64,000 bases of DNA from an uncultured Candidatus Micrarchaeota archaeon (GTDB lineage: Archaea; Micrarchaeota; Micrarchaeia; Anstonellales; Bilamarchaeaceae), in assembly GCA_963714085.1 (NCBI GenBank), contig OY970229.1:877348-941347 (forward strand), read 5' to 3'. The position numbers and the translations under genes were made by a program. Within the stretch, counting starts at the first letter, position 1. Every line of letters starts with the position of its first letter. Below are positions 29,309 through 38,060 of the stretch, one piece after another. The notes beneath the pieces were generated by a model. It saw nothing but the letters and a program-made list of their open reading frames with translations. It was not told where the DNA came from and did not search any database.

Positions 29309-30214
29309 CTAACCACCGAAAACATCGGGCCTGGAGCTTGCCATGTAGCCGATGAGCACTATCTGCCCTATGGCCGAGCCGATTATCAGTACCAGTATCT
29401 TTTCCACCGTCATGCCTATGCCCGAGAACGCGGAGAGCAGCACGAGGAAAGTCACGCCGAGCGACGGCAGGGCAGCGGCTATGAGCATGTATATGAGCAT
29501 GAGGAAGTTCAGGTTGGAGGTGTAAGTCCTTATGTTCCTGTAGGCGTAGAGCTCCAAAGCATCCACTATGCCGGGAAGCGCGGTCGTCATGCTCGAGCCG
29601 GTCTCCAGCACGTTTATCATCTGCCAGAGCACCCTCTTGAAATAATCCGATTCCGTGTGCAGCGCCAGGGTCCGCAGGGCCTCCTTCTCCGATACGCCGC
29701 TCTCTATCTGCTGCACGACATGGGCGAAATCCTCCGACACCTGGCCGTAGCTGCCCAGGGATACGTTCTTTAGCGCATAGAACACCGGTATCCCGCTGTT
29801 TATGCTGAGCATGATTTCCCGGAGCGCGAAGAGCAGGTCCTTGTCCGACCTGGCGGCGACGTTCATGACCAGCATCCTCGGGTAGTAAAGATGCAGGCTG
29901 AAGAATATCAGGAAGAAGAGGAAGCTCGTGAGGAAGCTGATGTATATCTTCTGTTGCATGGTCATGGTGTGGGCGCCCATGAGCAGCGCCATCACGAGGC
30001 CGAACGCCAAAAGCCCGTAGACCATCGCGGAGAAGAAACAGCCGACCCGGTAGTAGTCTGGTTTTATGCGTATGCCCAGGGCATCGAACTCAGCGCCGAG
30101 CCGCGGCCGGAACGTCTTGAGGACGTTCGCCAGGCCGCTCATCCTCCTGCCGATCTCCTCCATGGAGCCGTAACTAAGTAGGACGAAAGGAACCCTGATC
30201 TGCGCTTCGGCCAC
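29309..30214 (-). CDS. Second TadB/TadC-like platform protein
   Basis: DLLFALREIMLSINSG, YGQVSEDF and QMINVLETG motifs. GTG start after a GGAGGG SD. Confidence 0.85.
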   Translation of the reverse strand: MAEAQIRVPFVLLSYGSMEEIGRRMSGLANVLKTFRPRLGAEFDALGIRIKPDYYRVGCFFSAMVYGLLAFGLVMALLMGAHTMTMQQKIYISFLTSFLFFLIFFSLHLYYPRMLVMNVAARSDKDLLFALREIMLSINSGIPVFYALKNVSLGSYGQVSEDFAHVVQQIESGVSEKEALRTLALHTESDYFKRVLWQMINVLETGSSMTTALPGIVDALELYAYRNIRTYTSNLNFLMLIYMLIAAALPSLGVTFLVLLSAFSGIGMTVEKILVLIIGSAIGQIVLIGYMASSRPDVFGG

Positions 30215-30215
30215 T

Positions 30216-31958
30216 TCAGTCCCCTCCAAGCAGTTTTCCCGGTTTCTGTCCCTTCCTAATCCCATCTAGCAGGGTGGATCCGTCCGCGTAGTAGGCCTCC
30301 ATGATCCTCCCCACGTCGTCCACGTAGATGACCTTGTTATCCTTCATCCATGAGAGGATCTCCTGCTTCTCCGCCTGGTCCTCCACGATTTCGTTCTCCG
30401 TCATGCCGGTATGGAGGTTCATTATCTCGACGTAGCGGTGCGGGGGCCTCACCTTCTCGAAGGTGTCCGTGCGCGGCCTCCACTTGAAGAGGTAATTGAG
30501 CTCCGGGCCCTTCACGCCGGGTATCACCTCGGAAAGCTCCAGGGTGCGCCTCAGGTTCTTCCTCCTGTCGCGGTACTGCACCAGTATGAGATGGATATCG
30601 TCTATTTCTCCGGGCGGGACCTCGATTGGCGGCTCGATGAGCCTTTTTATCACCTGCTCGCCAGTGTCTGCGTGCAGCGTCCCGTAGACCGAGTGGCCGG
30701 TGTGCATGGCCTCGAAGAGCACCTCGGCCTCCTTCTTCCTCCTTATCTCGCCCATGACTATGCGGTCCGGCCTCATACGCAGGGAGTTCACCACCAGGTC
30801 GAGCATGGACACTTCGCCCAGGCCCTCGGGATTCGGTTCCCTGGTGGCCAGGGGCACCCAGTTCCACTGGTAGCTGGGCAGCACCAGCTCCCTGGTATCC
30901 TCTATCGTGATTATCCTCTGGTGCGGGGGTATGAGCGCGACGAGCGAATTCAGGGCCGAGGTCTTTCCCGATGCGGTGCCGCCCGCGACTATGACGTTCA
31001 TCTCGTAGTGGAGCGCCTGCCAGAGCATGGCCGCCATCTCCAGGGACATGGCTTTCACTTCGTCGCTCACCAGGCTGCCTATGGTCCACGGGTTCCTCGC
31101 GAAAAGCCTCAGGGTGATGGTGTTGCCTGCCGTGGATATCGGGCAGAGCGTCGCGTTTACCCTGTCCCCTGTGACCAGGTGCGCGTCAAGCACGGGTTCC
31201 AGGACGGTTATCTGCCTCCCCACCTCCCGGGCTATCTGTGAGGAATAGTTCTCTATGCCGACCTCGTCCTTGATGACGATATTGGTCTTCAGCCAGCCGT
31301 ATCTCCTGTGGTATACTGCCACCGGCACCTTGGAGGAGTTTATTATTATCTCCTCGAGCCCCTTGTCCGCGACCAGGGTCTCCAGGTCCCCGAGCCCGTA
31401 CATCTCGTTCACGGCGATGTTGGCCAGCATCCGTACGACCTCTTCATCGCCGCCGATCTCCTGGCTGATCCTCTCCTGGATGGTTTTCGTGCGCTCCTGC
31501 ATGTCCTTGCGCAGCTCCTCCTTTGTTTTCTCCAGCCCGGAGATGGAGAGCGCGCGGGTTATCTCGTTCTTGATATGCTCAAGGAACGCGCGGGAGAAGG
31601 GCGTGAGCCTGGGAAGCCGCACGAAGTACTTGTTCCTTTTCTCCTCCGAAGAGAAATACACCTCCGCATCCGCGATGTCGTAATCCTCTGAGGGCTCCTT
31701 TATCTTGTAGGCCTCCACGGTCTTGCCCGGGGGCCGCTGCTCCTCCTTCTCGGTTTCTGTCTTTTTCACGGTTATCCAGGGCTTGACCAGCGGATTGAGC
31801 GGGTAGTGTATCTGGAAAAGGCCTGCGCTCTCCAATATCCTGGCCAGCCTCTCCATGGCTTGCGGGGAGAGCTTTAGCTTCTCGCCAAGCTCCTCGAAGC
31901 TTATCTTGTTGTTCCTGCGGATCAGCTCTACCATCTTGTCTATTTTGGTGAGCAACAT
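30216..31958 (-). CDS. Type IV pilus/secretion assembly ATPase (ArlI/TadA/VirB11 family) with N-terminal HTH-like extension
   Basis: GGTASGKTS, IEDTREL, LRMRPDRIVMGEIR and GHSVYGTLHA motifs. Confidence 0.95.
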   Translation of the reverse strand: MLLTKIDKMVELIRRNNKISFEELGEKLKLSPQAMERLARILESAGLFQIHYPLNPLVKPWITVKKTETEKEEQRPPGKTVEAYKIKEPSEDYDIADAEVYFSSEEKRNKYFVRLPRLTPFSRAFLEHIKNEITRALSISGLEKTKEELRKDMQERTKTIQERISQEIGGDEEVVRMLANIAVNEMYGLGDLETLVADKGLEEIIINSSKVPVAVYHRRYGWLKTNIVIKDEVGIENYSSQIAREVGRQITVLEPVLDAHLVTGDRVNATLCPISTAGNTITLRLFARNPWTIGSLVSDEVKAMSLEMAAMLWQALHYEMNVIVAGGTASGKTSALNSLVALIPPHQRIITIEDTRELVLPSYQWNWVPLATREPNPEGLGEVSMLDLVVNSLRMRPDRIVMGEIRRKKEAEVLFEAMHTGHSVYGTLHADTGEQVIKRLIEPPIEVPPGEIDDIHLILVQYRDRRKNLRRTLELSEVIPGVKGPELNYLFKWRPRTDTFEKVRPPHRYVEIMNLHTGMTENEIVEDQAEKQEILSWMKDNKVIYVDDVGRIMEAYYADGSTLLDGIRKGQKPGKLLGGD

Positions 31959-32078
31959 GGCGGGATATCGCGGATTGCATTTATAAATCAATTTGGTCTA
32001 ACGCCGTGTGCGCCGGTGGCGGCCTCCGAAAAGACAGTCATTATATATTTTCAGTTTGAGATAACCGCGCGATGCGGT

Positions 32079-34379
32079 ATGGCTGGAAAAAAAGGGCAGA
32101 CGAGCGTGGAGTTCCTCATCATCCTGGCCGTGGCCCTCCTGGTGCTCACAGCCACGATCGCCATCGCCCTCCAGAACATCGACAGCATCAACGCCCAGAA
32201 AGACCAGGATTCCGCGAGCAACGCGGTCATGGACCTTGGCAGCGCAGCGAAAGACGTGTACGCCCAGGGGGTCGGCGCGAGGAAGGACGTCTACATCGTA
32301 ATCCCGAGCAGCTATAACCCGGCCAACTCCTTCGTAGGCAACCAGGCGATAAAGATGAGCGCCGGGAGCGACTACGTAGACATCGAGAACTTCAACCTGC
32401 GCGGCTCGCTGCCAAAGACCTACGGGCCGCAATGGGTGTGGGTGGTCTCGGAAGGCAACGACGTGCTCATCGGCAACGGCATGCTGGAGTTCAATCCCGC
32501 CCAGGTCTATGTGGTGATGAACAGCAACAGCACCGCCTCGGCCCAGTTCAATGTCATCAACATGTGGGGCCAGGGCCTGAACGTCACCGCGGCCAGCGTC
32601 TGGACATACACCGGCGTGGGCATGAGCGGCGTGCCGTCCCAGTTCGCCCTGAGCGCGAACGCTACCCGTACCGTCACGTTGGGATTCACGTCAGGCTCGA
32701 ATTCCACGGGCTTCTACTCCGGCCAGGTGGATTTCACCGCCACGGACGCAGCGGGGAACACCGAGGTCGACTGGATACCCGTCACCGTGGAGGTGATTCC
32801 GAGCGGCCAGAACCTCTATCCATCATGGGACATCCAGGGCCCTCTCGTCACCAGCATATCCCAGGTGCCGGCGCCTGCCATAAAATACCAGCCACTGGCT
32901 ATTTTCGCGAATGCCAGCGACGTGACGACCGGCAACAGCTCCATAACCGGCTGCCAGGTCGATGCGGACAACCAGTTCAACTGGAACAACATGCTGCCCG
33001 TGGACGGCGCCTTCAATACTCCGACCGAAACCGCGATGTTCAATTTCACGAGCGGCTTCTCCCTGGGCCCCCACTTCGTGGCCGTGAAATGCACGGATTC
33101 CAAGGGCAATGTCGGCCCCCCGTCGTACTACTACTTCCAGGTGAACGAATCCGACACGCTCGGGCCCATCGTAATACAGATGACGCACCCTGATTATCCG
33201 ACGACGCTGTCCAATCTCACGTTCACCGGCATAGCGACGGACGCATACACCGGCGGCAGCAACGTGGCGGCCTGCAATGTCAAGGTGGGCGCTTCGGGCA
33301 CCTGGCACAGCGCGAGCGCAGTCAACGGCACGTGGAACACCAGCATCACCCAGAATTTCAACTACACCATCGCCCCTCTGGTTGTGGGCTCCTACACCGT
33401 GTACTACCAGTGCGAGGACTCAGTGGGCAACTGGGGCGGTATATACAACGACAGTTTCGGGGTCGTGGATGTCGACCTGATGCTGGTCCTCGACATATCC
33501 GGCTCCATGGCGGAAGACGTGACCAACTCCACCAGCTCCAGCGTCGTCTCGGCTTCGAGCACGGGCTGGTCGAACGTCAAGAACATAAGCGTATGGTACG
33601 AGAACGGCAATACCGCCAATCTCACGACCCAGCTGGAGGCCACGAAATCCAGCTGCACGGCGTTCTACAATGCGACGATAAACAATGTCCAGGTGGCTAC
33701 CGGGAACACGACCTCGACCTCGTACGTTACCCTGAACGCGACCCTGAACCTCTCAGGCATCTCGGCGCCTTTCACGCTGGTGCTCAGCGTCAAGACCAAC
33801 GGCACCTCGCAGTGCTCTGCCTCGAACCAGATACTCTCGCTGGTGCAGGCTCCGCCCAAAATAAGCGCGGCCGAGACCGGGGCCGACACGTTCCTCAATA
33901 TCTCCGGGAACAACATCCAGGCGGGCCTGGTCTCATTCTCCACGACCGCGACCACGAACACGCAGTTGGCGCTCATGGGCGCCTCGAACCAGAGTGCGCT
34001 GATCAGCACGATAAACAGCCTGGCCCCCGCGGCATCCACATGCATCCAGTGCGGGCTCGTGAACGCCTGCGCAGAACTCAACTCAAGCCGCTCCAGGCCC
34101 TCGGCCAGCAAGGTGGTGATCCTGCTGACAGACGGCCAGTCCAACTATTGCACGGGCTCGGTCTCGTGCACCCAGGGCGGCAGCGCGTGCATAGGCTGCG
34201 ACACGGAAGGGGCTGCCGGATGCCGGGCCGACAACGTCACGGTCTACACGATAGGCTTCGGCAGCGACGTGGATGACACCGAGCTCACGAACATCGCCTA
34301 CATCACGAATGGCGCCTACTACTTCGCGCCGAACGTCGCGACGCTCACCTCCATTTTCCAGAGCATCGGAAGGCACTGA
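32079..34379 (+). CDS. Large class III signal-peptide adhesin with Ig-like domains and C-terminal vWA domain
   Basis: MAGKKG|QTSVEFLIILAV, MIDAS DISGS, VILLTDG and VYTIGFG motifs, with many N-x-S/T sequons. Confidence 0.85.
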   Translation: MAGKKGQTSVEFLIILAVALLVLTATIAIALQNIDSINAQKDQDSASNAVMDLGSAAKDVYAQGVGARKDVYIVIPSSYNPANSFVGNQAIKMSAGSDYVDIENFNLRGSLPKTYGPQWVWVVSEGNDVLIGNGMLEFNPAQVYVVMNSNSTASAQFNVINMWGQGLNVTAASVWTYTGVGMSGVPSQFALSANATRTVTLGFTSGSNSTGFYSGQVDFTATDAAGNTEVDWIPVTVEVIPSGQNLYPSWDIQGPLVTSISQVPAPAIKYQPLAIFANASDVTTGNSSITGCQVDADNQFNWNNMLPVDGAFNTPTETAMFNFTSGFSLGPHFVAVKCTDSKGNVGPPSYYYFQVNESDTLGPIVIQMTHPDYPTTLSNLTFTGIATDAYTGGSNVAACNVKVGASGTWHSASAVNGTWNTSITQNFNYTIAPLVVGSYTVYYQCEDSVGNWGGIYNDSFGVVDVDLMLVLDISGSMAEDVTNSTSSSVVSASSTGWSNVKNISVWYENGNTANLTTQLEATKSSCTAFYNATINNVQVATGNTTSTSYVTLNATLNLSGISAPFTLVLSVKTNGTSQCSASNQILSLVQAPPKISAAETGADTFLNISGNNIQAGLVSFSTTATTNTQLALMGASNQSALISTINSLAPAASTCIQCGLVNACAELNSSRSRPSASKVVILLTDGQSNYCTGSVSCTQGGSACIGCDTEGAAGCRADNVTVYTIGFGSDVDDTELTNIAYITNGAYYFAPNVATLTSIFQSIGRH

Positions 34380-34391
34380 CGCCCGAAGGGT

Positions 34392-35255
34392 TCATCTGCT
34401 GGCATTGGCTGTTTTTTGCACCCCGTCCTGGGCGTATGTCATCTGCACCGGGAACACGATCAGGCTGGATTCGCTCGGCGGCTGGGCAGGCAACCGCGCG
34501 CTGAAGGAGTAGGCCGCGGTCTCGTTCGTGAGGCTGATGGAGAGCGCGCCGTTGTAATTGGAGCCGTTCTGGCTCACCCTCCCGATGACGATGTCGGCGT
34601 ATCCCCCGGACATATAATTTATGAAAAAATAGTTCGCCGCGGAGGGATTCAGGGAGACAGTGTCCACGACGGTCCCGTTCCTGTCGCTGTAGCTCAGCGT
34701 GGCATTGACCGTCCCGCTTGGATCGTTGGTGAACTCTGTGATGCTACTATCGTAATCGTCTACGTAAATCGTCACGTTGTAGCCCGTCGCGTTCGTGGAG
34801 CTTCCGTTCGCCATGCTCCGGAAGACCATAGCCGGGCTGTTGTTGATCGTGCTCTGGAGCGCGAAATTGTCCATGATGCGCAAATCAAGCGAGCCGTTCT
34901 CCACCTGCGACGTGTTCACGGTTATGTTGGCGTGCTGTGAATCAGCCAGCTCGCCTTCAGCGTAGTACTGGAGGCCGGAAAGCTGGGCCTGGCTGACCTG
35001 CCGGGGCAGGGCGTCGGAGACCGACACCGTCGCGCCGCTGTCGTCCTCGGCTACTGAGGCCGACGGGAGCAGCAGGTCCGCCGTGAGCCGCCCTACGTTA
35101 TCCAGGCTCGCGGATGCGAACGAGTTGGGCACGGGCGCGGCCTCCACGCGCTGGCTCTCGGCGTACTCGTTCGCCATGGTTGCCGCCATCAGGACGAGCA
35201 GCATCACGAACAGCACCGCGACGAGGGAGAGCACGAACCCCTTTCGGGCATTCAT
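34392..35255 (-). CDS. Minor pilin-like protein (class III signal)
   Basis: MNARKG|FVLSLVAVLFVMLLV followed by an Asn/Ser/Thr-rich beta region. Confidence 0.75.
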   Translation of the reverse strand: MNARKGFVLSLVAVLFVMLLVLMAATMANEYAESQRVEAAPVPNSFASASLDNVGRLTADLLLPSASVAEDDSGATVSVSDALPRQVSQAQLSGLQYYAEGELADSQHANITVNTSQVENGSLDLRIMDNFALQSTINNSPAMVFRSMANGSSTNATGYNVTIYVDDYDSSITEFTNDPSGTVNATLSYSDRNGTVVDTVSLNPSAANYFFINYMSGGYADIVIGRVSQNGSNYNGALSISLTNETAAYSFSARLPAQPPSESSLIVFPVQMTYAQDGVQKTANASR

Positions 35256-35668
35256 GCGGGCACCTCCTGGCTGTACCAGCTCTGCAGCGTCGTGCCGAAC
35301 ATCACCCCTCCGGAACTGAACGTCCCATACACGACCTGGGATTCCGTGACCGGCTGCCCGCATCCGGGCTTGCCTATCGTGGCCACCACGCTCCCGTTCG
35401 CCTGGGTGACGCTGAGCTCCATGCAGACCTGCGGCGGGGTCGCGAGCAGCACCTCGCTCGCCGATGTGCCGTTGACGAAAAAGATGTCGTCGAGCCGTCC
35501 GGATTTCTCCAGCACGCTCATGGTGTCCAGCGATATCTGCTTCAGGGCGGTCCCCTTGAGCATCACCGGGTTGAAGCTCGTGGACTGCACGAAATAGAGC
35601 GAGATCAGCAGCAGTGAGAGCGCTGCTATGGAGTCTAGCGTTATCACGAAGCCCCGCCGCGCGTTCAC
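35252..35668 (-). CDS. Minor pilin-like protein (class III signal)
   Basis: GTG start giving MNARRG|FVITLDSIAALSLLL. Overlaps both neighbours by 4 nt. Confidence 0.75.
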   Translation of the reverse strand: MNARRGFVITLDSIAALSLLLISLYFVQSTSFNPVMLKGTALKQISLDTMSVLEKSGRLDDIFFVNGTSASEVLLATPPQVCMELSVTQANGSVVATIGKPGCGQPVTESQVVYGTFSSGGVMFGTTLQSWYSQEVPA

Positions 35669-36180
35669 TGCCACACCTCCAGCGTGGCTTCGGCGACGGT
35701 CGTGCCATTGAGCAGGACGAACCTGTCGACCACCGCGGAATTGTTCAATCCCGACGGGTAGCCGTAATCGTAATACGTGGCGTTGTCGTGTATGTCGCTG
35801 ATGACCAGGTGCATCTGGCATCCGGAGAGGCCGATCTTCGATAGCACGAGGCTGTAATCCTGGCTGCCGTTCATGGCCATCAGCTTCTCCAGCTTCTCCT
35901 CGTCCAGCGAATTGCGCGTGTCTGCCAGGCCTATGGAATGGGTGTTGTTGGCGCTGAGGTTGGCGGTCCGTTCCCATCCCGGAGGGTCCCCGGGCGTGGT
36001 GAACAGGGCATCGGAGGCGAACAGGGCCTTGCCCAGCAGCTCGCTGTAGGTCGCGGAGCCGTTCCACCGGAGCGCGAGCGTGTTCCATTCCAATACGAAC
36101 ACGAGCACGAGGATCGACATGATGGTTATGCCGGACATCATATCCATGCTCCATATCTGGCCTTTGCGGGTGCTATCCAA
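35665..36180 (-). CDS. Minor pilin-like protein (class III signal)
   Basis: MDSTRKG|QIWSMDMMSGITIMSILVLVFV, with a PGDPPGW motif. Confidence 0.78.
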   Translation of the reverse strand: MDSTRKGQIWSMDMMSGITIMSILVLVFVLEWNTLALRWNGSATYSELLGKALFASDALFTTPGDPPGWERTANLSANNTHSIGLADTRNSLDEEKLEKLMAMNGSQDYSLVLSKIGLSGCQMHLVISDIHDNATYYDYGYPSGLNNSAVVDRFVLLNGTTVAEATLEVWQ

Positions 36181-36547
36181 TCGATATCACCCCGCCGCTG
36201 TTCCTGACGATCATGTTCCCGGTGCTTATGTTCGTCGCATTGACATTGTCTGTGAGAAGGGGCAGGTATGCGGCCCCGTAGACGGAGCTCGCCTCGACCA
36301 CCCCATTCGCTATCGTGACGTTGGTCCCGCTGGTCTCTATCGTGGTGTTGTACACCGTCCCGTCCCCGGCGAGATAGACGTAGTCTATCGCGGATTGGAC
36401 CGCGGAGGCTACGCGCATGGTGACGATATTGCTGTTCGCCTGCTGCGAATTGACCAACTGGCTGCTATAAATCATGTAAAGCATGAAGAAAAGCACTAGG
36501 ATGACGCTGACCACGACCATGAACTCCGCGGCGACCTGCGCCCGCAT
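36173..36547 (-). CDS. Minor pilin-like protein (class III signal)
   Basis: MRA|QVAAEFMVVVSVILVLFFML. Confidence 0.75.
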   Translation of the reverse strand: MRAQVAAEFMVVVSVILVLFFMLYMIYSSQLVNSQQANSNIVTMRVASAVQSAIDYVYLAGDGTVYNTTIETSGTNVTIANGVVEASSVYGAAYLPLLTDNVNATNISTGNMIVRNSGGVISIG

Positions 36548-36573
36548 CAGAAGGCGCGGACGGGCTGCACCGG

Positions 36574-38010
36574 TCAGAAATTCGACTGGTGCCTGTCCCC
36601 GTAGTCGTCTTCCTTCCTCCAACAGAATCCTCTCCTTATTTCAATCCCCTTCTTGGTGATGTTGAAGCTGCACAGCTCCGTGGTGTGGTTTGTGTTCCTC
36701 ATCTTCACGATCTCTATGGCCCTGGTCCTCTTGTTGCCGCGCCTCAGGTTGTAGAGGTGTATTATGCCGTCCGTGAGGAAGCCCATCCTGCCCTGGGGCG
36801 CGGAGCTGGGGGTGAGGGGATCTTCGGAGGTCACCAGGGTGGTGCAGTTCAGGCCGTGCAGCATTTCGAACAGCTCCAGTATCGAGCGGTTCGCCTCGTA
36901 CTCGGTGTTGAATAGCAGGAAATACGCGCTCAGCGAGTCTATCACTAGCCGCTGCGTGCCGCTGGACTCTATCATGTCCTTTATGGAGCCGCCGCCCGCG
37001 CTTATGATATCCTTTATCTCGTGGGGCTCGTACCTGGCGAAGATGAACTTCTTATCCTTCTCCAGCTTCTCGAAGTCCCAGCCGAAGAGCATGCCCCGCT
37101 TGAATATGGCCTCGCGCGACTCCGCGAATGACAGGTACATGCCCGGCTCGTTGTACTTCGTGGCCCCGTACCAGAGGTACTGGAGCGCCAAGATGGTCTT
37201 ACCGACACCAGAAGTGCCCTTGACGACTATGGAGTTGTTGCGCTCCAGGCCCCCCTGGATCATCTCGTTAAGTCCTGGCACGCCTGTTTTAACGCGGTCG
37301 CTGCGGGCTGATTTCGGCTTCGCCTTCTTTGCGGTTGCCTCTGCTTCCTGCTCACGGACCGGTTCATCCACTGTTTCAAACTGCAGTTTCGGCTTCTTGG
37401 CGATGACTTCTGCTTCCTGTTTCCGGACCGGGATATCAGCCTCAGGCTGCATCTCCGGCTTCTTCGCCACGGTTTCTATTTCTTGGCCCTGGATTGCGAC
37501 CTCAGCTTTGGTTTCAGGCTGCAGCTTCGGTTTCTGCTTTTTGACCATTGTTTCTGCTTCCTGTTTCCGGACCGGGATGTCAGCCTCAGGCTGCGTCTTA
37601 GGCTTCGCCTTCTTTGCGGTTGCCTCTGCTTCCTGCTCACGGACCGGCTCAGCCACTGTTTCAGGCTGCGTCTTCGGCTTCTTGGCAATAACCTCTGTTT
37701 CCTGCTCACGTACCGGAACCTCAGCCACTGTTTCAGGCTGCAGTTTCGGCTTCTTGGCGATGACTTCTGCCTCCTGTTTCCGGACCGGGGCATCAGCCTC
37801 AGGCTGCATCTTCGGTTTCGCCTTCCTTGCCATAAATCGCGGATGCGGCTTCGGTTTCTTGGTCACGTATCGATATCTCAGCTTCGGTTTCTGCTTCTTA
37901 GACATAGAGTGCCAGAAGTCCTGGATCGCCAAGATGGTCTTGCCCACTCCGAAGGTCGACTTCTTGGCCCTGGATCGAGATCGGTGCTTCGGTTTCGCCT
38001 TCTTGGCCAT
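36574..38010 (-). CDS. KaiC/RAD55-like single-domain ATPase with N-terminal tandem repeats
   Basis: RVKTGVPGLNEMIQGG, Walker A GTSGVGKT, LVIDS, TDGIIHL and EIVKMRNT. A TTTATATA element lies upstream. Confidence 0.9.
   Translation of the reverse strand: MAKKAKPKHRSRSRAKKSTFGVGKTILAIQDFWHSMSKKQKPKLRYRYVTKKPKPHPRFMARKAKPKMQPEADAPVRKQEAEVIAKKPKLQPETVAEVPVREQETEVIAKKPKTQPETVAEPVREQEAEATAKKAKPKTQPEADIPVRKQEAETMVKKQKPKLQPETKAEVAIQGQEIETVAKKPEMQPEADIPVRKQEAEVIAKKPKLQFETVDEPVREQEAEATAKKAKPKSARSDRVKTGVPGLNEMIQGGLERNNSIVVKGTSGVGKTILALQYLWYGATKYNEPGMYLSFAESREAIFKRGMLFGWDFEKLEKDKKFIFARYEPHEIKDIISAGGGSIKDMIESSGTQRLVIDSLSAYFLLFNTEYEANRSILELFEMLHGLNCTTLVTSEDPLTPSSAPQGRMGFLTDGIIHLYNLRRGNKRTRAIEIVKMRNTNHTTELCSFNITKKGIEIRRGFCWRKEDDYGDRHQSNF
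37312..37827 (-). repeat. Seven tandem 22-26-aa coding repeats (KKPKxQPExxxPVRxQExExxA)
   Basis: Read directly from residues 62-233 of the KaiC-like ORF. Confidence 0.9.
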
Positions 38011-38060
38011 GGATTCAAATGATAAGTTAACCTATATAAAGATGACTCGCGGCCACCCGC

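Noticed and set aside
32016-36622. Extended N-termini from the ORF track for pilin genes (also for radA, sod, flavodoxin and others)
   Set aside because: The true starts are set by class III signals, SD motifs or family N-termini. The extensions overlap neighbouring genes.
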